From assembly GCA_039096225.1 (NCBI GenBank), contig JBBPEB010000034.1:558001-622000 (forward strand): 64,000 nucleotides of DNA. Reading direction: 5' to 3'. This document shows, piece after piece, positions 39,601 through 55,043 of the stretch. The notes under the pieces are model-generated. The model had not been told where the DNA came from and did not search any database. It worked only from the letters and a program-made list of their open reading frames with translations. Made by a program: the position numbers and the translations under genes. The stretch is from Blastocystis sp. Blastoise. Taxonomy: Eukaryota > Protista > Bigyra: Opalinata. The stretch's first letter is position 1; every line of letters starts with the position of its first letter.

Positions 39601-42167
39601 TCTATTTATTATATTAATATTATTACATCTATTTATTATATTAGTATTATTATTATATCAATTTATTATATTAATAGTATTATTACATCTATTTATTATA
39701 TTAATAGTATTATTACATCTATTTATTATATTAATAGTATTATTACATCTATTTATTATATTAATAGTATTATATCTATTTATTATATTAATAGTATTAT
39801 ATCAATTTATTATATTAATATTATTACATCTATTTATTATATTAGTATTATTATTATATCAATTTATTATATTAATATTATTACATCTATTTATTATATT
39901 AATAGTATTATATCAATTTATTATATTAATAGCATTATTACATCTATTTATTATATTAATATTATTACATCTATTTATTATATTAATAGTATTATATCAA
40001 TTTATTATATTAATATTATTACATCTATTTATTATATTAGTATTATTATTATATCAATTTATTATATTAATATTATTATTACATCAATTTATTATATTAA
40101 TATTATTACATCTATTTCTTATATTAATATTATTACATCTATTTATTATATTAATATTATTATTACATCAATTTATTATATTAATATTATTACATCTATT
40201 TCTTATATTAATATTATTATTACATCAATTTATTATATTAATACTATTACATCTATTTATTATATTAATATTATTATACATATATATAGACAATGAAGAA
40301 AAGCATTATACTGTTTTAGTTAATTCATTGCCTAATAAAATTTGCTATAATGATGCATACTCTACGAATACATACCAAAATAGAACTTATGAGTCTATTA
40401 AACAGTATAGACTTTTCGGTATACAGGATGGATCATTTAAGGGTATAAAATGTGTACCAAGCTGTTTCGAAAGATTATCTTACTTTGATACATCATCAAG
40501 TTTTCCCATAGATACGATGCATCTCTTTAACAACATTGTTACACTTCTTCTTTCTTTATTATTTCATTACAATTCAGATAAATACTCTTCTTTAATAGCC
40601 AAGACATTTTTAAATAATGAAAACGAAAATGAAGATATAGATAATACATCCCATAGCGTAAACACTGAAAATAATAATGAAGCTACCTCTAATTATGCAA
40701 AAGTTAAAGCAGATAAAATAGTATCTGGTTTTCGTCTTAACAAGGAAAATATGAATATACTTAACACTCGGATAAATGATATTAACACGTTTTACAATAA
40801 GTACGAATATGAATTCCGATTTGCTCTAAATGAGAAGAAATTTTGGTATTTATCATCTCATACAAGAATCTTTTTTTCTCTGTTATATTACCTTTAATAA
40901 CTAACGATTTTAATATGAAAGACTCTCCCATTATATTATTGATAAATCCTTTAGCGACGATAATACGTATAATAGAAATAGAATCTCTATCATTATCTAA
41001 TGATTCAATAGACATTCTACAAAGACAATGCTATCTATTTTGTTTTTTATGTGACCTATTGCTCCCAAAAGAAATTATCAATAGTCAGATACATTTAATT
41101 CAGCATCTTTCAGATTCTATTAAGTCTAATGGATCTTCAACTTATGGATGTACTTATCAATCGGAACGATTTTATTCACATATAAAACGAATGACTTTCG
41201 GAAGGCTATGTTTCAATGAATCAAGTTTAAGATGTTTAGTACAAGATGAGATTTGTAATATTAATATTAATAATAATGTATTTGATATAAATAATAATCA
41301 TAATAATATTGATTATCCTTTAATATTAAACGAATCACAAAATATAACGGAAAATAATAGTTATTCCTTTCCAGAATTTAGGAAAATTGTCTATACAAGC
41401 AATAGTAATATCGTAAATTTTAGAGGATTAAGAGAAGCATCGAATAAAACATTGAACGAAGAAGAAATATATTATCTACTTAAAGAATTACTTTTATCAG
41501 GGAATATGGAAATAAAAAAAATATTATTAACCCATATAAATATAGATAATACTACAAATCTATTAGATCTATTAGACTCTGTGCTATCTTATACAAGATT
41601 AAAGGAAAACATGAAGTTGTTACAAATGTATTATTATTCCGAAATATTAGTAAATGAAAATTTAGTTTTTACTTCTACAGATGAATATGAAGGTATTGAA
41701 AAAATTGATAACTCATATATCGCGTATTCACTGGATAAAGATCATCCAAAAGACTCTATTCATTTGATAAAAGCACTATACTATATTCAGATATATGATG
41801 TAGTACTAATTAGAAAACATGAATATCCTCAGCCACATAAATCAACCACTAATATTTTTTTCATTATAAATGACTCAAATAATGTAGTACCTTCGAATTC
41901 AAAATATGGATCACCTTTTTTATCATTAACTCATATTATACCTGATAATATGGTAGTTTCTGATATACATAATAATAATATAGATGAGGAATCACATTCT
42001 AAAGTATATACTACTTATTCATATATATATATTAATACTATTAATGTTTATCATAGACAAATATTCGAAAGAACCAATCCAGTATTCCAGTTTATAATCC
42101 GGAATCAATTCAAACATCAACAGTATTTACTTCACGTTATTTAGAATCAATCCAATCATTTTTTTAA
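36636..42167 (+). CDS. CACTA transposase (Tnp2/Transposase_21-like with DUF4218-like C-terminal part); spliced, with a 1-nt frameshift at ~40871
   Basis: Motifs LTCDG, IVEEFKQLEKG, LLNVSGDCAA..GHF.G..S.FPCRCC, FPIDTMHLFNN, HLIQHL...I...G......YQSERF. Introns at 36858-36905, ~37249-37304 and 38019-40289, possibly 42004-42056 (otherwise the stop is at 42144). Confidence 0.85.
38019..40289 (+). repeat. Minisatellite intron: ~80 units of 27/30 nt (TTATTACATCTATTTATTATATTAATAGTA) with a ~426-429-bp higher-order period
   Basis: GT at 38019, AG ending at 40289. The variant GCATT marker recurs at 38306, 38735, 39161 and 39590. Confidence 0.92.
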
Positions 42168-42396
42168 TTTTTCTGTTATATTTATAATATAGTTTATTAA
42201 TCAATAATCTCTATAAGATTTATTATATATATTTTATGTATATTTTCTAAATAGTATTTATAATAAGAACTGCAACATCGGTTTATTCTTTTGTTTATTA
42301 ATAATATAAATTTATGTTTATATCTAGTTAATTACAAGCATTGTAATTAAACGTAAGAATGCACCATATTTTCATATAATCAGTATATAAGTGTCA

Positions 42397-42430
<34 letters not shown>

Positions 42431-43029
42431 TGATTTTGAAAAATTCATATAACTTGAGACATTACTCCATGTATTAAAAAGATGACATGTTGCAATTTTA
42501 GATTAACACTCAGCTGTATATCGTAATAGAAATTGTTCTTATCATTTCAGCATTTTGCTAATCAATTTAGCTTTATTTTATTCATATATTTATTCTTTAA
42601 CATGCAAAGGTACATATCAATAATAATAATATTACGCACTTATTTTTGAACGAAGGAATATAATTAATCATTTATAGAAGAAAAAAGTAATAAGGAAGAT
42701 ATGGAAGTTACATTAAGTTTATATTTACAAAAGAATACAAAAAGGAGAGCGACTAGGATGAAGATAAAAACGTTAAGATAATCATACACGTTTTAAAAGA
42801 AAGGTAAATAGAAGGAATTAAAATAATCTATGAAAAAAATAAGAATACTGATTATGGACAGCAATAGATATCCAAAAGAAATAATTGGAGAAAAGTTAAA
42901 AAGGAAAAATCAAGTAATGATGAAGAGTAAGTATAGTAACACTACCTAATTAGGATAGAAATGGATTAGTACAAGAATACAAATATATAAATCCCAAAAA
43001 GAGTAGAAAAAGAAACAAGACACAAATAG

Positions 43030-43237
43030 GAGTAGAGAAGCAGGTATAAAAGCAAAAATTAGAAGATAAAGATAAATAAGAAGGATTAGAAGAAGAAGAG
43101 GAAGATAGAGTAAAAGAAGAAGAAGAATGAGTAGAGAAGCAGGTATAAAAGCAAAAATTAGAAGATAAAGATAAATAAGAAGGATTAGGAGAAGAAGAGG
43201 AAGACAGAGTAAAAGAAGAAGAAGAATGAGTAGAGAA
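43030..43237 (+). repeat. 99-bp direct tandem duplication (2 copies plus a stub)
   Basis: GAGTAGAGAA starts at 43030, 43129 and 43228; the two full copies are nearly identical. Confidence 0.9.
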
Positions 43238-45563
43238 AATGCTAGTAAGAAAGTACAACGTGACTAAAAATATCATGAAATAAAATATAAGTTGATAAAT
43301 AGTCGTATAATTATTGTATCATCAGGAATAATAAAGAAATATTATACGATAATAAAGCGTAACTGAATAGTATTAATGATATGTATTGAAAACAAGAAGT
43401 ATCATATTTGTTGGAAATCTTCACGAATGTGAAACAAAAAGAAAACAGCTTTAGAAATTAAAACAAAATTGTTTTTAGAAAAAGTACAATTTGAATAAGA
43501 TAAAGAATATTAAAGTAGCAACAATTTCATGAGGAATAGGAAAAACTATAAGAATAAGAAGAAACAGAATGAAGAGTAATAAATTAAGGAGAAGAAATGA
43601 AAAATAGTAGTATCAAAATATGATCAATGAAGTAAAAACGGAAAGAGAAACATCAATTTAACACTGAATGAAAAGAGTATTAGACACAATGAAAAATAAT
43701 AAATATAATAAAAGAAAGAAGCGAATGTAATAAATAAGCCAAAAATAAACATAGAAGAAAACTATGATATATACTAAGATGATTAGTATAGGAAAAAAAT
43801 AAAGATGAAGACAAGAACATAATATCAAAAATACTAGAGTATAAGAAGAATTAGAATCATTGATATTTGCATTTTCGTATAATCAATAATAGAAGAGGAT
43901 GAATAATGGATAAAGTATGAAGATTAAAAAAATAATTAGTGACAAAAAGAAGAGTCAGTATTATTGAGAAGATACATATGAGTAGACATAGCTATACCAG
44001 AAGCGACTATTGGAGTATTAAAGCCAGAAATACATAATATCAAAGATAGGTAGTAAATAACCTTAAATAAACAAGATAAATATGAAGATTAGAATATAAG
44101 TACAGACTAAGTAATAAAAATAAATAGTTATACAGATGATTAGCTAAGTAATAATACATGTATTAGGAACGTATATAAAGAAAGAAAAAACGAATTTAAT
44201 AAGGAGAAAAATACCATTATTATAGTAGAAAGATATAAACAATAAAAAAAGATAAAGAAGGAATTAACCTAAACATATTAAAGAAAATACAAAGAGAATC
44301 ATAAATAGAACAAGAAGAGTAAAGTGTAAGAAAGAAAATGAAGATTAAAAATATAAGAAAAGAATAAATGAATGAATTATTATGAAGTTAGCCTAAAATT
44401 AAAAACGATGAAATAGTAGAAGAATATGGAGTATTTCTATTTTGACATTTAAAAAATAAGGATAGAAGTGTCTGAACAAATAAAATTAATATTGAGTATT
44501 AGCAAAAAGTAGTAAGATAAGAAATAATTGTAAGAAACATTTAAGCGCAATATCGGAAGCAAAAGATAAGCTAATTAAAATATGATTGTAAAAAGGTGCC
44601 ACAGACATGCGACTAATAAAAAGAGGGTAGTATTAGTAACATGAGAAACGGAAGAATTATTAATTTAGAAGCAGAAGAAACTATAGTATTATAAGCAATC
44701 ATTTTAGAAGAGGAAAACCAACAAAGAAAAATATTAGCATATAACTATAGTTTGATTAAGCAATATAAAGAACAAGAAGAAGACTATTAAGACCAGAAAT
44801 AGTAAAAAAAGCACTAATACTGGAGGAATAAAAGAATAGTATGAATAATAAGAATAGCATGAATATTATCAATAAATGATAAATGATCGAACTGATACGA
44901 ATTGCTAAATGTAACAACAAAGATAGTTGAATCTAGAAACTATCTAAATAATTATAGAAACTGTTAGAAGATAATAATTGCAACATAGTGTAAATTGAAG
45001 ATGCTGAGAATGTAGGAGAAAAATAGAATCTAAAAAGAAAGTACATCGTAGTTAAAGTGAAATGTTAAGGAGTAAAAATATTAAAAAAAATAAAATAACT
45101 AAAAACATAAAGACAGAAGGAAGAAAAGAGATATAGCTAATCATAATAAAATTAGTAGTGGAAACAATTTCTGATAAGAATAAGTACCAAACTGAAGCGA
45201 AACAAATAGGAAAGTAAAAACATAGGGAAATATTTTAAGACCATTAGAAACTTATAGTTACGCTTATATAATAAAATAATCATAAAATCCTTTTTGATTT
45301 TTTTCGTAGATAACTACCTCTAAGGCGTTAATAGTATAATAATCAATGATATTAAATGAATTACAAAGAATCGTTTGAGTCTATTATTCAGTATAATGAA
45401 ATATAGAAAAAAATATAGCAGGATAAATAATACATAAAGCAAAAAGCTAATAATTATAATAATGTGTTTGGAAAGTCTTCTAGAAGAGATAATATTAACA
45501 CAAGGAGAACTAGTAGTATTAATATCAGCAATAGAATTAATAATTTTCAAATAGAAAACTATG

Positions 45564-45783
<220 letters not shown>

Positions 45784-46959
45784 AAAAACACGATGCTTAA
45801 AAAAGCGTAGAAGTACTGAAGAAAAGACACTAAAACTACTAGTAGCGACAACAACCGTTCTTATGAATATAAAGTGCCATACTTAGGAAAACTACTATTT
45901 GTAGTATTAACATAATATATAGAAATATTATATAATATGAAATGGAAGAGAAACTTGAACAAATTAAGTATTATATGTAGGTGTATAAAAATAATAGTTA
46001 GACTGATAATAGTTTACTGAATAGAGATGATAGTAGTATTTGGTTTCAAGAAGAGAAGATTAAGTATAAATTGTATATAAGTCCAAAATAGGATAATGCG
46101 AGATAAGATATAGAAAGAATTGAAGGATTTAAATAGTAGAAATGCACAGTAATACAACAATAATGAAATACAATAGAAAAAATAAAATTGTTTGCGTATA
46201 ATAGTAAAATGAGTAACAATAAACATAATATAAATCAAGCACAACTGAACATAGAAGTAGAATTAGATGTGTTAGAAAAATATAGATGAATTAATATATT
46301 TGAAGTATAATAGAAGATGGAAGAGAAGAAATTATGAAGATTATGCATTGCTGTAACAATTGTTAAAATAATATGAATAGTAATAATTAGTACGAAATGA
46401 TATAATTAATTTTAAAATTAACAATATTAAAAAAATGCATAAATAAACATTTCATAAAAGAAGAGAAAATACTATAAATCATTAAAACTAGGAACAGCAG
46501 CATAGATTTAAGATAGTAACGATAAATATTCTTAAAATGGTGAATTAATAGTTTAATAAATAGAAATATATTTATCCTATTGTCACAAAAAGGGAAATAG
46601 CAGAAATTAAATAGTGAAACTAATGCTAAGAGAAGAAGGCCAGTAGTAAAAAAAAGTACAGAAAACCATAATGCCAAAAAAAATTTATAAAGAAAAAAAT
46701 TTCATTTAAAATAACTTTCTTAATATATAAATATATATATAAACATTTCTAAATATTATATACAAATATGATACACATAAATGATTGCTTAGAACCAAGA
46801 GACCAATGTAAAATAGAATTCAGTTCATTTTTATTCTCATTTTAATATGTTCAATATGATATATATTGCATCTATATATAATAATGGTTTTATTCAATAA
46901 TAAAAAACTATATAAAAGCACTAAATAGAAAATAAAAACACTAATAGTAATAATATTAG

Positions 46960-49190
<2,231 letters not shown>

Positions 49191-50178
49191 AATAAATAAT
49201 AATGTCTATATATGACTAATAATAATAAATTAAGAATAAAGATAAATTCACTAATAAAATTAAATTTGTTAGTCAAACACAAAAAAATTTCATGAAAAAA
49301 CGATTTTTAAAATTTTAAATTTTTTTATGATCCACTACTAGAATTACAAGTTTTAACACGTCATGTTCTACACTATTGACACAACACTATTGTATTCCAC
49401 AACTTTCAGCTTTAAAAAAATTATTCATTTTTGTTGACTCTCTGATCTGTTGACTCACTCATCCAGAAACTATTGATTCTAACTTAAAAAGTTTGTACGT
49501 TACATAATTAACTCTAAAAACAACTTTTTAAAAGACTTTTATTTGATTCTGAAGAAAATGTGTTTTTTAATAAACTTTGACATACTTTTTGTATGCGGAA
49601 CTTTGATTCATATTAAAATTTAATGAAAAAACTGTTCTACACCTCTTATGTCCTCTGATATTCAATAAAATATAAATAGACTCAGTTTTGAACGAGAAAA
49701 TTATTCCCGTAAATATTTTAAAAATTCAAAACTCTGGTCTAAATCTCCATGATACAAATAGGCTCGGTTCATTTTTTCAGTGTAAAAAAAAAATAAATTT
49801 TTGACTTTTTGGCTGAATTTTGGTTTCGACTCATAGAGGTCATTTTATTCATTTTTACACACACTTATAACTCTAAGAGGCTCTAAACTTTAAACAGAGC
49901 AACAAAAGGTTTTAAAACATTGACCCCGTTAATTCACAAAATTATGACTTTAAAATAAAGAAAAACGTTTTTGATATTGTGGGACCTTCTGTAAACAAAA
50001 AAAAATGTCAATTCTAAATTAAAAAATGTCTAACAGGGTCTTTGAGTCTAAATCAAAAGTCTACTTAAAATTTTTGTGAAAATTTTATTTTTTTTGCCTA
50101 AGTCTTTTTTTTATTGAATTATTATTGGATGAATAAATTTTGAACGAAAATCAACCAATAAAATTGCCTTAAAAAGTC

Positions 50179-50195
50179 AAAAGCACCTACTAGTG
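50179..50195 (-). repeat. Right terminal inverted repeat of the CACTA element
   Basis: AAAAGCACCTACTAGTG on the + strand, followed by the TSD AAA. Confidence 0.9.
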
Positions 50196-50791
50196 AAAGA
50201 TGAATTATTATATTATTCTCTTCTTATTAAAATGATGAATACTACTGAAGTTGAAATTGAATGTATATATATTCAGTAAACTATAAATAATAATATATAT
50301 ATAGATGATTATGCATCAGATATTCCATTAGAATATATATGTCCATCATGTATTAAAGATATATTCCCTTCATTAAAAGAATTAAAAATAATTGGTATAT
50401 ATATATATTTCATTATATATATATAGTAAATACGCATTATAAGAGAACTGAGATATTATTGAATCCAAATAGTGATGATTATATAATGGAATATAATCGC
50501 TTATTTAATAAAAATGACTATGAAATAAATAATCCTGAAATATATGATTATTATACTGAATCAGAGATGAATGAATATAATAAGATTTCTTCTTCTTTAG
50601 ATCGTAATAAATTATATTATTCCAAAGATTTGATTAATACCTATAATGAAAGAAGAGAAAAGAATGAATTACCTAAATTATATAAATATATAGTTAATGA
50701 AGCTATATATACAAATGATTATTCAAAAACAGAAATCAATAAAACAAAAGATGAATATGCATTAAAAGATGCAGTTACTATTACTTATGAT

Positions 50792-50829
<38 letters not shown>

Positions 50830-53482
50830 TATATATAGATGAAAAAAATGATAAAACATTCACGTAAATAGTTATATTATTATACTAATATATTACATAG
50901 TATCCTTAGAGTATATTCTAAATGTGGTATATCTCAGTTATTATTTATTCCTTCCTATTTGTCTATTTCCAAAATCATTTTAAATGAATGTAAATTAGTT
51001 TATTTAATTAATAAAATAGTTTATTTAGTTTCTATTTCTCAATATAATATTATGATTTTTATGACATTAATTAAAGAAGGACTTTTCGATTCTTTAACAG
51101 TATTTAGTGTCTACGGGTGGAGTATTTTTAATTATAATGATTATAAATAATTATCATTCTATATAGTTAAGGGATCAATTAAAGGAATTAATGTGAATCT
51201 ATTGAACGAAATAAAGACAACTCATTTATTTCCTAATGTTACTGAGATTATATATGATGATTATATTTATGATAATTACGATTATACTTATAATTATGAT
51301 AATGATTCTTTTGATTTTCAATATAATGATGATGGTATATATATATATAATTCTATATATATATATAGAATTATTCCAATTATCTTCAATAAAGAAAGAA
51401 TATTTTCCTAAATTACATATTATCAATTATAATATTGAAATAAGTATATTTATATATTAATAAATATACAATTATTCTTAATTTAGCTACAAAGAATTAT
51501 GAGTCTTTATTTCCAATTAATATAATGTCTGTGATTGATACTATTCGTATAAATGATATTGATATTGATCAAAAAGAGGAAATAGCTTTTCTTTTGGATA
51601 AACTAGTTTATACTCATTCAATTCATATTGATAGAGTTGATACATATGTTTGTATCATATATATAAAAACTAATGTCATACTATCTAAAAAATCAATTAT
51701 ATTTATTAACTTTTTATATAGATCATTGTATTTCTTATTTTCCACATTTAAATGACTTATTAGCAAAAAATCAAATTATCCTTGATTGTCTTGATAGTAT
51801 GAATTTTTATTTTTTGATTTATTATTTAATATACTTTATATATTATATTTTAAATAGTTTATTCTTCTTGTTCTGAAAATATCAAAATATTCTATTATAT
51901 TGAAAGTAATAAGCAAAATATTGATAGTTTAGATATAGCATTCGGTATTTATATTTATATATAATTGGCAAATTGTTAATATATAATAATAATACTACTA
52001 TTTATTCATGTATAGATGATGATCATGATGAAATTGATATCAAAAATTCATTAGAAAGATTCTTAAAGAGTAGTGTATTAGAACATTTGAATGAGTTAAC
52101 TGTTACATGTATATTTATTATTGTTATAATATATTATTATTCTATGTATACTATTTATAGTTAATTATAATATAAGCATACATTATTTAACATGGATATC
52201 AACTCTTTTTAATGATAATAAGTTTAATACTATTCATGAATTAACGATTAATTGTATATTATATTATAAAATATATGAATATATATATAAATAGTGCGTT
52301 CTATCAAAGAAGATTCATCATCGGAGGCTTTAACTACCTATAAAAATATAGTAGAGAAATTAATTCCTAAGGCTTCTATTATTACAATAAAAGGTAATTA
52401 TTTATATAATTATTTTGTTAATAAAAAATTTACTTTAATTATTTTTAATTGCTATTATTATTAGATTGTACTCTGTCTTTTATAAATGGATTCATACCTA
52501 AAGGTTGTTTCCATAATACAACTCAATTAATTCTAGGTATATCTATTAAATGAATATAATGCTTTACCTATAATATATTACATTTCATGCTAATCTTTTT
52601 ATGAATATTTATTTAGAAATTAAAGATATGCCAGATGATAATTTTTGTAAACTATATACTACAGATAATTTCCCTCAATTAAAACATATCAAGTTTTGTA
52701 TATATATATATATGTTAATAATAATAGTATGTTGTATTATAAATCATATATATTTATATAAAATCTTATCATTATTAAAAATTAGTTTATTAAATTATAT
52801 ATATATAGATAAAGGTAACAGTATAGAATGGTGGAGTTCTTTTATGAAAACATCTTGTACATATATTAATAATAACAACTTTCCATCATCAAGTATTGTC
52901 CGATTAGGTGGTATGTCATCAATTAAATCATTCTATTTATATTCATTAATACTGAATTTCTATAGAATGGTATGATGATTATGATGATGATTATGTATAT
53001 GATCCAAATGCTTCTATCTTTCGATGTAAATATGATACTAATTCATTTATGAATACAATTATTGGTACAAAAGGTATATATTTATATATAATAACATATT
53101 ATGTATATAGATAAAGTGATGAGTAAATTTGAGATAGAAACGTTATTTGATTGTATAAATGAAAATAAAACTCAAAATATAAAAAGTTTAGACTTATGTA
53201 TATCTATACTCAATATTTTTTATTAAAAATTTCTTTTTTATAGATATTTATGATGATGAACAATTATCAAAACTTATTAGTTTTATTACTATTGAAAAAT
53301 TTCCTAAATTGAAAGAATTAGCTTTAAATATCTGTATATATACATAGTTATTTGTGTGTATATTCTATTATATAGGTTATGTTACTTCACAAGAACAAAT
53401 AGATATATATAAACAGCAATTAGAGTATTCCAAAATTATTCAGGAAAATCATGTAATGTATGATTTTTTTAAAGTATATTAA
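50196..53482 (+). pseudogene. 3' part of the interrupted BTB-like/LRR-like gene (~20 exons, frame open where checked)
   Basis: KDELLYYSLLIKMMNTTEVEIE|YDYASDIPLEYICPSCIKDIFPSLKELKI... to ...IQENHVMYDFFKVY*; repeats FPNVTEI, FPKLHII, FPQLKHI, FPKLKEL. Confidence 0.85.
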
Positions 53483-55043
53483 ATTCTTTTGTATATGGAA
53501 TTATTTATATCTTATATTATATAATTTTTTTATAAATATTTCACCATTATTATTTTTTATTTCTTAACGTTTCTATAAAGTATATATAAAATCGTATTAA
53601 TATCTTTTCGTGTTTTTTTTAAAGTACTTTTGATTAAACATAGTAAAAAAATTTGTAATATATTACATGACATACATAAAATAGAATACCATTTAATGTT
53701 TATTATGAATTTCATTTGATAGTATTCATAAATTTTTAACTTTAAAAATATTTCTACATAATTATAATTCTAAAAAATTATATCTTCATGTGTAATTAAC
53801 ACTATTTTTAGTATTTCTATAAAAATGATTAACGTCAATGACTTTCTTGATAAAGAATATAATTAATATAATAAGATTCTAAATAATATTTTATTTTTTT
53901 TTTGTTTTATTTGCTGTTTTTGAATAACGTTTTTTATATTTAATAAAATAGTTCTTCAACAAGTGTTCTAAAATAATTAAAATGCATAATTTACTAAAAT
54001 ATATTTTTATTTTTCAATATAGAATAGTTTATAATGAAGTATTTGTATATATATATAATTAAATAAGATACAAATGAATCTAATCAAAATTGTATTATTA
54101 TATATTAACAAGAAACATATATTTATAAAAATACAATGAGAGGTATAAAACATTTTGTGACTTCGTTTTTATTAAAAGTACAATATATTAAATTATTTTA
54201 AACACAGTATTATTTGAGAATTATGGTAATTATGAATATAATAAAAAAAATTTTAATTATTCATGTATGAACCTATTGATATATAAGCGACATATATAAA
54301 CGATATACTCTTTCTATTACCAATAATATCTTATTGAATAAAATATCAAAATCATTTGCTAATCATCATATATAGAGATAGTATATTATGTATAATAATA
54401 ATGATTTTGATTTTGAGAAATTAATAAAATTATTGTATAAAATAATATAAAAATAGAAATGGAAAAGCAAGAAGATGGAGATAGAAATAAAAGGAGACAT
54501 AATTGTGTCAATAGACTATAGAAGAGATACTATCAGAGGAATAGAAATATATTATACAAATATAATATAAAAATAAATAAAAATCTATTAAATTCAGTCA
54601 GAAATCAGGAATGATTAAAACAAATTATAGTTAATCATTTCTAGATAAGCGATAATTGGCGTATATAATATCTAAATATATTATAATTAAAAACAAAGAT
54701 GTATATATGTGAAATAAGAAACTTATAGATCAAAAAGTAAATTAAGCAATAGATATGACATAAATAAGTATACTATCTTATTATTTGAATCATTTATGTT
54801 TATAATTATCACCGTATAAATCATTTAAAACAATAAAAGAAGTGAAGATCCATAATTAACTTATTACTTTAATGAATTCTTAGCATATTTCTGTCAATCA
54901 CATAAGTTAATAATCATTTAAAATAATATGAAAAAATATATATAAATAATAAGTGAATAATAAAGAAATAAAAAACATTCATTAAAAGAAAAAAATAAAC
55001 AAGGGGAAACAACTATATTTATTTTATTAGCATTATTTCATTA

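Noticed and set aside
33720-40289. CRISPR-like interpretation of the repeat arrays
   Set aside because: Eukaryotic context, no cas genes, and the spacers are low-complexity or absent.
37328-40897. 1189-aa multi-pass membrane protein
   Set aside because: The hydrophobic middle is a GT-AG-bounded minisatellite lying between transposase motifs. It is treated as an intron, with retention kept only as a hypothesis.
42328-42350. Perfect 10-bp hairpin TTAATTACAA-GCA-TTGTAATTAA downstream of the transposase
   Set aside because: Very AT-rich and plausible by chance; no supporting context.
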